This document shows positions 35,013 through 46,262 of a stretch of 64,000 nucleotides of DNA, one piece after another (within the stretch, counting starts at the first letter, position 1; every line of letters begins with the position of its first letter). Source of the stretch: Gemmatimonas sp. GTDB taxonomy: Bacteria; Krumholzibacteriota; Krumholzibacteriia; LZORAL124-64-63. The notes beneath the pieces were generated by a model that searched no databases, was not told the origin of the DNA, and saw only the letters and a list, made by a program, of their open reading frames with translations. Both the position numbers and the translations under genes were made by a program. The stretch is from the NCBI GenBank assembly GCA_013824755.1, contig PNOJ01000001.1, positions 14,474 to 78,473 on the forward strand, in the 5' to 3' direction.

Positions 35013-36271
35013 GCGATTCGGCCGTCCGCCACGGGCCCCTGGGGCTGCCGCTGTACCCGACCGGCTTCGCGGTCGAGGAGTTGCGGCTGGAGAGCGGCCC
35101 CATGTTCTGGGAGGAGGCGCAGCGGATCAGTGCGGGCGAAGCGCTCGCCGGCTTCGTCGTCGACCATCTCGAGGCGCCCGGCGCGCCCCGGGTCTGCGTG
35201 ATCCTGGGCCCGCCCGACGCGACGGCGCCCCGCGCCGCCGCGGCGCTGATGACCGCCCGCGCCCTGAGCCGCCGCGGCCGCCGCGTCGCGGTGGTCGACG
35301 GCGACGACCTGTCGCCCGACCTCACCCGCTGGGCCGGTCGCGCCGACGTCGAGGGTTGGATCGACGTGGTGCGCTACGGGGTCTCTCCCGCCGCCGCGGC
35401 CGTCGCCCTGCCCTGGGGCGCGCCGGGCGGCCTGCTGCTGGGCGTGGGCTCGTACCAGCCCAGCCGCGCCTCGGGCGACGAGGTGAGCGCCCTGGTGGCG
35501 ATCCTGCTCGCAGAATTCGACCACGTCCTGGTGAGCGCCTCGACGGGGGACCGCGGCGCGGTGTGGGCCACCGTGCCTTCGCTGCGCGTGCTGTGCTGGG
35601 ACCAGGCCGCCCTCGACTCGTCCCTGTGCGAGGTCATGATCCGCGACGTCGGCCAGCTGGGCGACCCGCCGGCCGCCGCGCTGGTGTTCGTCCCCGCCCG
35701 GGCGGCGGTCGTCCCCCGGCACGAGCCCCCCGCGCGCGCGCCGCGCCGCGCCGGCAGGTGGCTGGCGGCGCTGGCCGTGCTGGCGGTGATCGCGGGCGTA
35801 TGGTGGGTCGGCACGCAGCGGCGCCCCCGGGCCACGCCCGCGGCGCCGACCGCGAACCCCGACCTGCAGCAAGACATCAAACAGGAACCACAATCGATTG
35901 TGATCGATACAGATAGCGCATCTGTCGCGCTGCCGGACACGGTCGCGGCCGTCGAGAGCCCGCCCGCCGCTTCGCCGACGTCGTCGTCGTCGTCGGGCGA
36001 TCCCTTCGCCGGACCGGTGGGCGCGGCCGGCTGGTGCCTCCACGTCTATTCCTTCGACGACAGCCTGCTGGCCCTGGAAGAGGTCGCGGTCATGGCCGGC
36101 CGGGGCGTCGTCGGGCTGATCCATGCCGAGGACTCCGGTCGCCGGCACCTGTTCCGGATCTACGCGGGGAACTTCCCCGACCGCGCCGCGGCTCACGCGG
36201 CGCAGGACGAACTCTTCGCGCGCCTGCGGACGGACTGGGCCCAGCCCGTCGCCGCGGAACGCCTGCGCTGA
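35009..36271 (+). CDS. Membrane protein: degenerate MinD/BY-kinase-like domain, TM helix, SPOR domain
   Basis: RGRRVAVVDGD...FDHVLV; TM WLAALAVLAVIAGVWWV; WCLHVYSF...FRIYAGNFPDRAAA SPOR-like. Confidence 0.7.
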   Translation: MSDSAVRHGPLGLPLYPTGFAVEELRLESGPMFWEEAQRISAGEALAGFVVDHLEAPGAPRVCVILGPPDATAPRAAAALMTARALSRRGRRVAVVDGDDLSPDLTRWAGRADVEGWIDVVRYGVSPAAAAVALPWGAPGGLLLGVGSYQPSRASGDEVSALVAILLAEFDHVLVSASTGDRGAVWATVPSLRVLCWDQAALDSSLCEVMIRDVGQLGDPPAAALVFVPARAAVVPRHEPPARAPRRAGRWLAALAVLAVIAGVWWVGTQRRPRATPAAPTANPDLQQDIKQEPQSIVIDTDSASVALPDTVAAVESPPAASPTSSSSSGDPFAGPVGAAGWCLHVYSFDDSLLALEEVAVMAGRGVVGLIHAEDSGRRHLFRIYAGNFPDRAAAHAAQDELFARLRTDWAQPVAAERLR

Positions 36272-36308
36272 CGCGGCCCGGCCGCGGCGAACCCAGAAGG
36301 ACACGCAC

Positions 36309-39300
36309 GTGAAACTGAAGCGGGTGGAACTGCAGGGATTCAAGTCGTTCGTCGACCGCACGGTGCTGGAATTCGACCAGGGCATCACCGCCATCCTGGG
36401 TCCCAACGGCTGCGGCAAGAGCAACATCGTCGACGCGATCCGCTGGGTGCTCGGCGAGCAGTCGGCGAAGCAGCTGCGCGGCACGGTGATGGAGGACATC
36501 ATCTTCAAGGGCACGGCCCGGCGCAAGCCGGTCGGCCTGTGCGAGGTGGCGCTGACCTTCACCAACGACAACCGCGCCATGCGCATCGAGTACGACGAGG
36601 TGACGATCAAGCGCCGGGTCACGCGCGACGGCTTCTCCCAGTACTACCTGAACGACGCGCCGGTCCGGCTGAAGGACCTGCGCGACCTGTTCTTCGACAC
36701 CGGCGTCAACAACACCGCCTACAGCGTCATCGAGCAGGAGAAGATCGGGCGCATCCTGAACGAGAACAGCCAGGAGGTCCGCCAGCTGGTCGAGGAGGGC
36801 GCCGGCATCGTGCGCTACAAGGCCCGCCGCAAGGAGGCCCAGCGCAAGCTCGACCAGACCGAGCAGGACCTGCTGCGGCTGCGCGACATCAGCGAGGAGA
36901 TCGGCCGCGAGGTGCGCTCGCTGCAGCGGCAGGTCGGCAAGGCCCGCCGCTACCAGCGGCTCTACGCCCAGTCCCGCGCCCTGGACCTGCTGCTGGCCGG
37001 CCGCGCCGTGCGCCGCATGGACCAGCGCGAGCAGGAGCTCCGCGAGCGGCGCCAGGAGCTGGCCGTGCTCGCCGAGGCCGACAGCGGCGAGCTGGCCGAG
37101 CTGCGGGCGCGCATCGAGGCCACCCGGCCCGCCGTCGACGAGCGCGAGGCCGAGCGCCACGGCCTCGAGGAGTCGCTGCAGGCCTTCGAGGAGCAGCTGC
37201 GCGTGGTGGAGCAGAAGTCGCTGCTGCTCGAGCACCGCATCGGCGACCACCAGCGCCGGCTCCAGGAGAGCACCGAGTCGGTGGCCGACATCTGCCGCCG
37301 CCGCGAGACCGCGCACGCGGAGCTGCACGACCTCGGGGACCGCAAGCAGGGTCTGACGGCGCGCTCCGCGGACCTGGCCGCCGATCTCGCGCGACTGCAG
37401 GAGGACCTGCAGCTCATCGAGACGCGCTACGACGCCGACCGCGGCGCGCTGGAGAAGGCGTCCCAGCTGAACCTGGAGTTCATCGAGACGGACAACCGGC
37501 GCAAGTCCGAGCTGCGGGAGCTGGAGATCCGGCGCGAGAACCGCCACGAACGCCTGCGGGTCCTCGAGCAGGAGACCGCGCAGCAGCAGGAGGCGCGGCG
37601 ACGCGAGGAGGTCCGGCTGCAGGAGACCGCCGCCCGCCAGACCGAGCTGGCCGAGACCCGCCGCGGGCTGCTCGGCGAGCTGTCGGATGCCGAGCGCCGG
37701 CTCCAGGAATCCCAGGCCGAGCGCGCCCGACTGCGCGACGAGGTCTCGCTGCGCGAGGCGCGCAGCGAGTCGCTCCGCTCGCGCCACGAGCTGCTCAAGC
37801 GCATCACCGAGAGCCTGCACGGCTACGGCGGCGCCGCCCGCGAGGTGCTGCAGACGCGGCGCGGGGATCCCGGGATCCTCGGCAGCCTCGCCGAGCAGCT
37901 GACCGTCGACGAGGGTTGGACCGCGGCCTTCGAGACGCTGCTCGGCGACGTCCTGGATTCGGTCGTGGTGAGCGACGACGGCAAGGCGCTCGACCTGGTG
38001 CGCCTGGTGCGCGAGGCGGAGAAGGGCCGCGCCAGCTTCCTGGTGGCCGACGCCCGCCCGGGCGTCGCCGGCCCGCCGCCCCCGCCGTCGGGGCGCCCCG
38101 CCACCGACCTGGTGCGCGGCGACGGCGCGGCCACGCCCCACCTGCGGCGGCTGCTGTCGCGGGTCTGGGCCTTCGAGACGGACGAGGCCGCGCTCGACGC
38201 GGCGGCCCGCCACGGCGCCGGCGATCCCGTCGCCTGCCTGTCCCGCACCGGCCTGCTGATCACCAGCGACGGCCTGGTGCGCGGCGGTCGCGGCAAGAGC
38301 GAGGAGGTGAGCCTGCTGGGCCGCGGCGAGAAGCTGGAGCGGCTGCAGGAGGACCTCGCCCGGCTCGCGCAGGAGATCGCGGAGCACACCGCGCGCGTCG
38401 CGGACGCCGTGCAGGCCGAGCAGGCGGCGCGGGAACTGATCCAGGCGGGCCGCGGGCGGATGGAGGACCTCGACCGCCGCCTCGGCCGCGTCCACGTCGA
38501 CGAGGCGGAGGCGCGTTCGCGCATCGACGGCGCGCAGCAGCGACTGGCCGCCATCGCGCGCGACGCCGAGCTCGCCCGGGACGGCCTGCGCGAGCTGGCG
38601 CACCAGGAGGCCGGCCTGCGCGGCAACCTGGACGAGAGCGGGCGACTGCGCAGCGACAGCGGCGTGCGCGTCGACGAGCTGCGGTCGGCCGTGAAGCAGA
38701 GCGAGCAGGCGCGCGAGGCGGCGCGGGCCGAGGCCGGCGAGAAGAAGCTGCTGCAGTCGCGCCACCAGGGCGAGCTGCGCGAGCTGGAGGCGGCGCTGGC
38801 CCACCGCCGCGAGTCGGTGGCCGAGATGACGTCGGCCGAGGAGCGCCTGCGCCAGGAGATCGTCTCGCTGCGCGAGGAGCTGGCCGGGATGGAGGAGGAG
38901 ATCGTCAGCCGGCGCGCCCAGCTGGAGGCCGGGTTCGACGAGCGCGAGCGTCGCCGCCTGCTGGTCCAGGCCAGCGCCGAGGCGATCTCGGGCCTGCACC
39001 AGGAGACCGCCGCCTGGCACGACCGCGTGCGGGGGATCGAGTCCCAGCGCACCGCCTGCCGCGACGAGTCCCACGGGCTGGAGACCGAGCAGGCCACGAT
39101 GGAGGTCCGCCGCGCCAACCTCGTCGAGCGGATCGAGGAGCAGTACAAGGGCCGCTTCCGCGAGCTGGTGCGCGCGGTCGACCCCGAGGCCCTGCCGCCG
39201 GAGCTGGAGCGCGACGGCGACGTCTTCCAGGAGGAGCAGGCGCGGGCCCTGCTGGAGGACTCGCGCGCGAAGCTCGAGGAGCTCGGCGCGGTCAACCACC

Positions 39301-40118
39301 TGGCCGTCGAGGAGTTCGAGCAGAAGCGCGAGCGGCTGACCTTCCTCGAGGAGCAGGTCGCCGACGTGGAGGCCGCCCGCAAGGACCTCGCGCAGACCAT
39401 CGACAAGATCAACCGCACGGCGCGCAAGCTCTTCCAGGAGACGTTCGAGGAGATCCGCCGCAACTACGTGGCCGTGTTCCAGACCCTGTTCGAGGGCGGC
39501 CGCGCCGACCTCGAGCTTGAACAGACGGACGACCCCCTGGAATCGAACATCAACATCGTGGCCCAGCCGCGCGGCAAGCGCGTCGACCACATCCGGCTGC
39601 TGTCGGGCGGCGAGCGCTGCCTGACCGCGCTGTCGCTGCTGTTCGCGGTCTACCTGGTGAAGCCGTCGCCCTTCTGCCTGCTGGACGAGGCCGACGCGCC
39701 GCTGGACGACGCGAACGTGCAGCGCTTCGTGCGCCTGCTGCGCGAGTTCGCCGCCAAGACCCAGTTCCTGGTCGTCACCCACAACAAGCTGACCATGGAG
39801 ACCGCCAACCACCTCTACGGCGTGACGATGATGGAGGAGGGGGTCAGCAGCCTCGTCTCGGTCAGCTTCCGCGATGTCGCCGAGGCCGGCAGCGACGCCG
39901 ACCTGGGCCAGGCGATCGCGGCGCGGCGCCGGCAGATCGACGAGTCCGCCGAGGAGCGCGCGGTGCTGGCGACGCCGTCCGGCACCGACGTCACCGCGAG
40001 CCGGTTCGTGCTCGACGCCGGTGACGACGCCGACGAGTTCGACGAGGACCTCGACGCCGACGACGGCACCGCAACCACGGCCGGCGCGACTTCTCCGCTC
40101 GCCATGGAGGCGGAGTAG
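36309..40118 (+). CDS. smc: Chromosome segregation protein SMC
   Basis: GFKSF, GPNGCGKSN, coiled coils, hinge, LSGGE, LLDEADAPLD, VVTH. Confidence 0.98.
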   Translation: MKLKRVELQGFKSFVDRTVLEFDQGITAILGPNGCGKSNIVDAIRWVLGEQSAKQLRGTVMEDIIFKGTARRKPVGLCEVALTFTNDNRAMRIEYDEVTIKRRVTRDGFSQYYLNDAPVRLKDLRDLFFDTGVNNTAYSVIEQEKIGRILNENSQEVRQLVEEGAGIVRYKARRKEAQRKLDQTEQDLLRLRDISEEIGREVRSLQRQVGKARRYQRLYAQSRALDLLLAGRAVRRMDQREQELRERRQELAVLAEADSGELAELRARIEATRPAVDEREAERHGLEESLQAFEEQLRVVEQKSLLLEHRIGDHQRRLQESTESVADICRRRETAHAELHDLGDRKQGLTARSADLAADLARLQEDLQLIETRYDADRGALEKASQLNLEFIETDNRRKSELRELEIRRENRHERLRVLEQETAQQQEARRREEVRLQETAARQTELAETRRGLLGELSDAERRLQESQAERARLRDEVSLREARSESLRSRHELLKRITESLHGYGGAAREVLQTRRGDPGILGSLAEQLTVDEGWTAAFETLLGDVLDSVVVSDDGKALDLVRLVREAEKGRASFLVADARPGVAGPPPPPSGRPATDLVRGDGAATPHLRRLLSRVWAFETDEAALDAAARHGAGDPVACLSRTGLLITSDGLVRGGRGKSEEVSLLGRGEKLERLQEDLARLAQEIAEHTARVADAVQAEQAARELIQAGRGRMEDLDRRLGRVHVDEAEARSRIDGAQQRLAAIARDAELARDGLRELAHQEAGLRGNLDESGRLRSDSGVRVDELRSAVKQSEQAREAARAEAGEKKLLQSRHQGELRELEAALAHRRESVAEMTSAEERLRQEIVSLREELAGMEEEIVSRRAQLEAGFDERERRRLLVQASAEAISGLHQETAAWHDRVRGIESQRTACRDESHGLETEQATMEVRRANLVERIEEQYKGRFRELVRAVDPEALPPELERDGDVFQEEQARALLEDSRAKLEELGAVNHLAVEEFEQKRERLTFLEEQVADVEAARKDLAQTIDKINRTARKLFQETFEEIRRNYVAVFQTLFEGGRADLELEQTDDPLESNINIVAQPRGKRVDHIRLLSGGERCLTALSLLFAVYLVKPSPFCLLDEADAPLDDANVQRFVRLLREFAAKTQFLVVTHNKLTMETANHLYGVTMMEEGVSSLVSVSFRDVAEAGSDADLGQAIAARRRQIDESAEERAVLATPSGTDVTASRFVLDAGDDADEFDEDLDADDGTATTAGATSPLAMEAE

Positions 40119-41168
40119 ATGTTCGGCGCCATCGACCGCCTGCGGCAGGGGCTGCGCAAGACGCGCGACAGCATCGTCGGCCGGCTCGGGGAGCTGTTCG
40201 TCGGCAAGGTCCGCCTCGACGCCGCGACCCTCGACGAGATCGAGGCGTTGCTGATCTCGGCGGACCTCGGGGTCAAGGCCAGCACGCGCATCGTCCAATC
40301 CATCGAGAAGCGCCTGAAGGAGACCGGCGGCGAAGCCACGCTCGAAGGCGTCACCCAGGTGATCCGCGCGGACATCGCCGCGATCCTGCGCGAGGCGCAG
40401 ACCAGCGTGAAGGTGCGCAGCTGGGACGAGGCCGGCGAGGCGCCGGCGCGCGGGCGCAAGGCCCGGGCGGCCCGGACCGCGCCGGCGCCGCCGGACGGCG
40501 GGGCGGTCCCGAGCGGCCCGCGGGTCATCTTCGTGGTCGGCGTCAACGGCACGGGCAAGACCACCAGCATCGCCAAGCTGGCCCACCTGCACAAGCAGGC
40601 GGGCCGGCGCGTGCTGCTGGCGGCGGGCGACACCTTCCGCGCCGCCGCCGTGGAGCAGCTGCGCATCTGGGCCGACCGCGTCGGCGTGGACTTCGTGACC
40701 CAGGGCCAGGGGGCCGACGCCGCGGCCGTGGTCCACGACGCGCTCTCGGCGGCCGAGGCCCGGGGCCACGACCTGGTCATCGTCGACACCGCGGGGCGCC
40801 TGCACACGAAGTCCAACCTGATGGACGAGCTGGGCAAGGTCGCCCGGGTCATCCGCCGCAAGTGCGGCCGGGACCCCGAGACCCTGCTGGTGGTCGACGC
40901 CAACACCGGGCAGAACGGCCTGCAGCAGGCGAAGATCTTCGCCGAGACGGTGCCCGTCGACGGGCTGATCCTCACCAAGCTCGACGGCACGGCCAAGGGC
41001 GGCATCGTCGTCGCCATCGCCGAGACGCTCGGCCTGCCGGTCCGCTACGTGGGGCTGGGGGAGAAGGTCGGCGACTTGGAGGTCTTCGACCCCGAGGCCT
41101 TCGCCGAGGCCCTGTTCACCTTGTCCGGTCCGGAAGACGCGGCCGAGGGCGGGGGCGACCGGCCTTGA
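40119..41168 (+). CDS. ftsY: SRP receptor FtsY
   Basis: GVNGTGKTT, DTFRAAA, DTAGR, TKLDGTAKGG. Confidence 0.98.
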   Translation: MFGAIDRLRQGLRKTRDSIVGRLGELFVGKVRLDAATLDEIEALLISADLGVKASTRIVQSIEKRLKETGGEATLEGVTQVIRADIAAILREAQTSVKVRSWDEAGEAPARGRKARAARTAPAPPDGGAVPSGPRVIFVVGVNGTGKTTSIAKLAHLHKQAGRRVLLAAGDTFRAAAVEQLRIWADRVGVDFVTQGQGADAAAVVHDALSAAEARGHDLVIVDTAGRLHTKSNLMDELGKVARVIRRKCGRDPETLLVVDANTGQNGLQQAKIFAETVPVDGLILTKLDGTAKGGIVVAIAETLGLPVRYVGLGEKVGDLEVFDPEAFAEALFTLSGPEDAAEGGGDRP

Positions 41169-41194
41169 CAGGCGTCCGGGCGCCGCATTAGCTT
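41165..41194 (+). promoter_or_regulatory. sigma70-type promoter of the rib operon
   Basis: TTGACA-N18-TAGCTT upstream of the riboswitch. Confidence 0.55.
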
Positions 41195-41234
41195 GTGCGG
41201 GCGGCCCTTGGGCCGCGACATTCACCGCGAATCT

Positions 41235-41361
41235 CAACTTCGGGGCGGGGTGGAATTCCCCACCGGCGGTCACAGCCCGCGACCCGGCGGCGCACCACGC
41301 GCAACCGGCTGATCCGGTGGAACTCCGGGGCCGACAGTCACAGTCTGGATGGGAGAAGTTG
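41235..41361 (+). ncRNA. FMN riboswitch (RFN element)
   Basis: CTTCGGGGCGGGGTGGAATTCCCCACCGGCGGT...AGCCCGCGA...GCCGACAGT..AGTCTGGATGGGAGAAG upstream of ribD. Confidence 0.96.
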
Positions 41362-41436
41362 GGTCCGGCGCGCCCGTCGACACGGGCGGCCGCTTCCTGC
41401 CTGCCTCCCGCATCCCGAACAACCGTGTTCAGGATC

Positions 41437-42579
41437 ATGGCGCACAACCGCGGCGACACCGAGTTCATGGCCGAGGCGCACCGCGTCGCGCAGCGCCTGC
41501 CCCGCCGTCCCTGGCCCAACCCGCCGGTGGGCGCGGTGGTGGTGCGCGACGGCGTGATCGTCGGCCGCGGTTCCCATCACGGCCCCGGCGCCGACCACGC
41601 CGAGATCGTCGCGCTGCGCGAGGCCGGCGAGGCGGCGCGGGGCGCGACGCTGTACGTGACCCTCGAACCCTGCAACCACCAGGGGCGCACGCCGCCCTGC
41701 GCGCCGCGGGTGATCGGGAGCGGCGTGGCGCGGGTCGTCGTCGGCGCGCGCGACCCGAACCCGCTGGTGGCGGGCGGCGGGATCGACCTGCTGCGCGGGG
41801 CGGGGCTCGACGTCGCGCTCGGCGTGCTCGGCCGCGGCTGCCTGGAACTGATCTGGCCCTACGTGGTGACGGACGCCTTCCGCCGCCCCTTCGTCACGCT
41901 CAAGACCGCGACCACGCTGGACGGGCGCTTCGCGCCGCCGGGGGCGCCCGAAGGATCGCCGATCTACTTCACCGGCGGGGAATCGCTGCAGGAGACGGCG
42001 CGGCTGCGCCGCTGGCACGACCTGGTGCTGGTGGGCGCGAACACCGTGCGCTGCGATCGGCCGCGTCTGGACGGCCGCCGCGCCGGTGCGGCCGTGCTGT
42101 GCCCCGAAGCCGAGCCCCTGCCGGCCTGCGCCGACGGCGACCTCGCCGAAGCGGTGGGCTGGCGCACCGGCCCGCACCTGGTCTTCACCACCGGAGCGGC
42201 CGACGCCGGCCGGGAGCGCGCGCTGCGCGAGGCCGGCGCCGAGGTCGTGCGCTGCCGGGACGACGGCGGCCGGATCGCGCCCGCGGACCTGCTGGCGCAG
42301 GCGGCGGCGCGCGGGCACTGGACGCTGATGCTCGAGGGCGGTCCCGCGCTCGCGGCGTCGTTCCTGGCCGCCGGCCTGGTCGACCGCTGGGTGCAGTTCG
42401 TGGCGCCGACGCTGGCCGGCGGCGGCCCCCGCTGGGCGGACCGCGGGTTCGCGGCGTCGGCGCGGGACTACAGCCTGACGCGCGCGGTGCGTTCCGGCGG
42501 CGACGCCTGCCTAACCTGGGACCGGACGGACTTCGCGCAGCGGCGCGCGGACCTCTGCGGCGGGAAGGACGGTGACTGA
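41437..42579 (+). CDS. ribD: Riboflavin biosynthesis deaminase/reductase RibD
   Basis: PNPPVGA, HAE, TLEPCNHQGRTPPC, EGG. Confidence 0.94.
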   Translation: MAHNRGDTEFMAEAHRVAQRLPRRPWPNPPVGAVVVRDGVIVGRGSHHGPGADHAEIVALREAGEAARGATLYVTLEPCNHQGRTPPCAPRVIGSGVARVVVGARDPNPLVAGGGIDLLRGAGLDVALGVLGRGCLELIWPYVVTDAFRRPFVTLKTATTLDGRFAPPGAPEGSPIYFTGGESLQETARLRRWHDLVLVGANTVRCDRPRLDGRRAGAAVLCPEAEPLPACADGDLAEAVGWRTGPHLVFTTGAADAGRERALREAGAEVVRCRDDGGRIAPADLLAQAAARGHWTLMLEGGPALAASFLAAGLVDRWVQFVAPTLAGGGPRWADRGFAASARDYSLTRAVRSGGDACLTWDRTDFAQRRADLCGGKDGD

Positions 42580-43272
42580 CGTGTTCACCGGCCTGGTGCG
42601 CGAGATCGGGACCCTGACGGCCGTGGTCGCGCGCGGCGGCGTGACCGTCCTTACCCTGCGCGCGCCCGTCTGTGCCCCGGACCTCGTTGCGGGCGACAGC
42701 TTGGCGGTCGACGGGATCTGCCTGACGGTGACATCCGGAAGCGCTCGCGGACGCGCGGCCGACCGCGGCCCGCTGGTCACGGTCGAGGCGGTCGCCGAGA
42801 CGCGCCGCAGCACCACGCTCGACGACTGGCGCCCCGGCCGCCGCCTCCACCTGGAACCCGCCCTGCGCGCAGGCGACCGCCTGGGCGGCCACCTCGTGCT
42901 CGGCCACGTCGACGGCGTCGGCCGCGTGCGGCGTCTGGAGCGCGCGGGGGACGCCGCGCGGTTGACCGTGCAGCCGCCGCCGGGCGTCGCGCGCTGGCTG
43001 TTGTCCAAAGGCTCGGTCGCGATCGACGGCGTGAGCCTGACCCTGGACGCGGACCCGGGCGAGACGGGTTTCATCGTGAGCTTGATCCCGCAGACCCTGG
43101 GCACGACACGCCTGGGCGAACTCGTTCCCGGCGACGGGGTCAACCTGGAGGCCGACGTGCTGGCCAAAGGAGCCGTGGCGCGGGGAACCGCGGCGGATCC
43201 CGCGGGCGCGTCGCCCCTGACCTACGAACGCATCCTGGCCCGCGGCTTCCGCGGCCGTCGAGGAGGACAGCG

Positions 43273-43276
<4 letters not shown>
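42572..43276 (+). CDS. ribE: Riboflavin synthase alpha chain
   Basis: [34 protein letters not shown]; true start may be GTG at 42581. Confidence 0.94.
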
Positions 43277-44535
<1,259 letters not shown>

Positions 44536-44546
44536 AGGAGGAGACC

Positions 44547-45020
44547 ATGGGCAAGACGTACGCGGGGAACTTCCGCGCCGGCGAGCAGCGTCTGGTGATC
44601 GTCGCCAGCCGCTTCAACGATTTCCTGGTCCGGGAGCTGCTGGACGGCGCCCAGGACTGCCTGACCCGTCACGGGGTCGACCCCGAGCGCGTCGACGTGG
44701 CCTGGGTGCCGGGCAGCTTCGAGCTGCCGCTGGCCGCCGCGAAGCTCGCCGACAGCGGCCGCTACGCCGCGATCATCTGCCTGGGCTGCCTGATCCAGGG
44801 CGACACGCCGCACTTCTCGTACATCGCGGCCGAGGTGACCAAGGGGATCGCCCAGGTGGCGCTGGACACCGGCATCCCGGTCTCCTTCGGCGTCATCACG
44901 GCCGACACCCTCGACCAGGCCATCGAGCGGGCCGGCACCAAGGCCGGCAACAAGGGCTTCGACGCGGCGCTCTCCGCGCTCGAGATGATCGACCTCTGGC
45001 GCGCGATCGACGAAGGGTAG
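44547..45020 (+). CDS. ribH: Lumazine synthase
   Basis: [31 protein letters not shown]. Confidence 0.98.
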   Translation: MGKTYAGNFRAGEQRLVIVASRFNDFLVRELLDGAQDCLTRHGVDPERVDVAWVPGSFELPLAAAKLADSGRYAAIICLGCLIQGDTPHFSYIAAEVTKGIAQVALDTGIPVSFGVITADTLDQAIERAGTKAGNKGFDAALSALEMIDLWRAIDEG

Positions 45021-45024
45021 GAAC

Positions 45025-45471
45025 GTGGGCAAGCGACGCAAGGGCAGGGAACTGCTCGTCCAGGCCCTCTACGCGGCCGCCCTCAGCGGCCAGGACCTGC
45101 AGGTCTGCGTGGACGACCAGCTGGAGAGGCGCGACGCGCCGGGGGACACGGCCGATTTCGCCCGGTCGCTCGCGGCGCTGATCGCGCAGCACCGGGCGAG
45201 CCTCGACGCGACCCTGGACGGGCTGCTGCAGAACTGGGACCCCGAGCGCGTCGGCCAGGTGGAGCGCGCGATCTGCCGGCTGGCGCTGGCCGAGCTGCGC
45301 TACTGCCCCGAGGTGCCGGTCCGCGTCGCGATCAACGAGGCCTGCGAACTGGCGCGGCTGTACTGCGGGGACGAGGCCGTGGGCTTCATCAACGGCCTGC
45401 TCGACCGTGCGGCGCGGGACCTCGCTGCCGCGCGCGGTCCCGCGGGCGACGGCGGGGGAGGCCCGCGGTGA
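45025..45471 (+). CDS. nusB: Transcription antitermination factor NusB
   Basis: RRKGRELLVQALY, VAINEACELA, FINGLLD. Confidence 0.94.
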   Translation: MGKRRKGRELLVQALYAAALSGQDLQVCVDDQLERRDAPGDTADFARSLAALIAQHRASLDATLDGLLQNWDPERVGQVERAICRLALAELRYCPEVPVRVAINEACELARLYCGDEAVGFINGLLDRAARDLAAARGPAGDGGGGPR

Positions 45472-46262
45472 GGGTCTCGACCCGGCGCCACTGGCAGGAC
45501 TTCTGGGACGAGGCCGACCGCCTCAGCCTGGACGACGTCTACGGCAACGACGGCCGCATCGTGCGCGAGCTGTTCGCCCTGGGCGATCCCGCGGGCAAGC
45601 GGGTCCTCGAGGTGGGGGCCGGCAGCGGCCGCGACGCCGTGGCGCTGGCCCGCGCCGGCGCGGAGGTCTGGACGCTGGACTACGTGCCGGGGTCGCTGGC
45701 GCTGACCGCGCGGGCCGCCGCACAGGCCGGCGTCCGCGTGCAGGCGGTGAACGGCGACGCCCTGTGCAAGCCCTTCGCCGACGGGACCTTCGACCTGGTC
45801 TACCACCAGGGCCTGCTCGAGCACTTCCGCGACCCGCTGCCCCTGCTGCGCGAGGACCTGCGCGTGCTGAAGCCGGGCGGGCGGCTGCTGGTCGACGTGC
45901 CGCAGACCTGGCACTACTACACCCTGGGCAAGCAGCTGCTGATCGCCCTGGACCGCTGGTTCGCGGGCTGGGAGACGCAGTTCACGCCGGCCGGGCTCGA
46001 GGGCGCCGTCCGGCGCGCCGGCGGCGAGGTGGTGCGCACCTACGGCGACTGGATGGTGCCCGGGCTCTGGTACCGCGCGCTGCGCAAGACGCTGCTGTCC
46101 CGGCTCGGCCTGCGGCTGCCGATGTACCCGGATCCGGTGCCGCCGCTCGGGCGGCTGCTGGCGCGCTGGCGCGAGCGGCACCGCGGGCGTCGCTGGGCCC
46201 TGCACACCGCGATGACCATCGGGGTGATCGTGCGCCGCGACGACGCGGGAGGCGGCGCGTGA
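45468..46262 (+). CDS. Class I SAM-dependent methyltransferase
   Basis: VLEVGAGSG, PFADGTFDLV, RVLKPGG. Confidence 0.88.
   Translation: MRVSTRRHWQDFWDEADRLSLDDVYGNDGRIVRELFALGDPAGKRVLEVGAGSGRDAVALARAGAEVWTLDYVPGSLALTARAAAQAGVRVQAVNGDALCKPFADGTFDLVYHQGLLEHFRDPLPLLREDLRVLKPGGRLLVDVPQTWHYYTLGKQLLIALDRWFAGWETQFTPAGLEGAVRRAGGEVVRTYGDWMVPGLWYRALRKTLLSRLGLRLPMYPDPVPPLGRLLARWRERHRGRRWALHTAMTIGVIVRRDDAGGGA

Noticed and set aside
31166..36271. 1701-aa ORF
   Set aside because: Only 35009..36271 is protein-like; the rest is antisense or off-frame shadow of the amidase and selA in high-GC DNA
36090..41519. 1809-aa minus-strand ORF and many similar long antisense ORFs
   Set aside because: Mirror frames of smc, ftsY, recA and others, caused by scarce stop codons at high GC; no recognisable motifs
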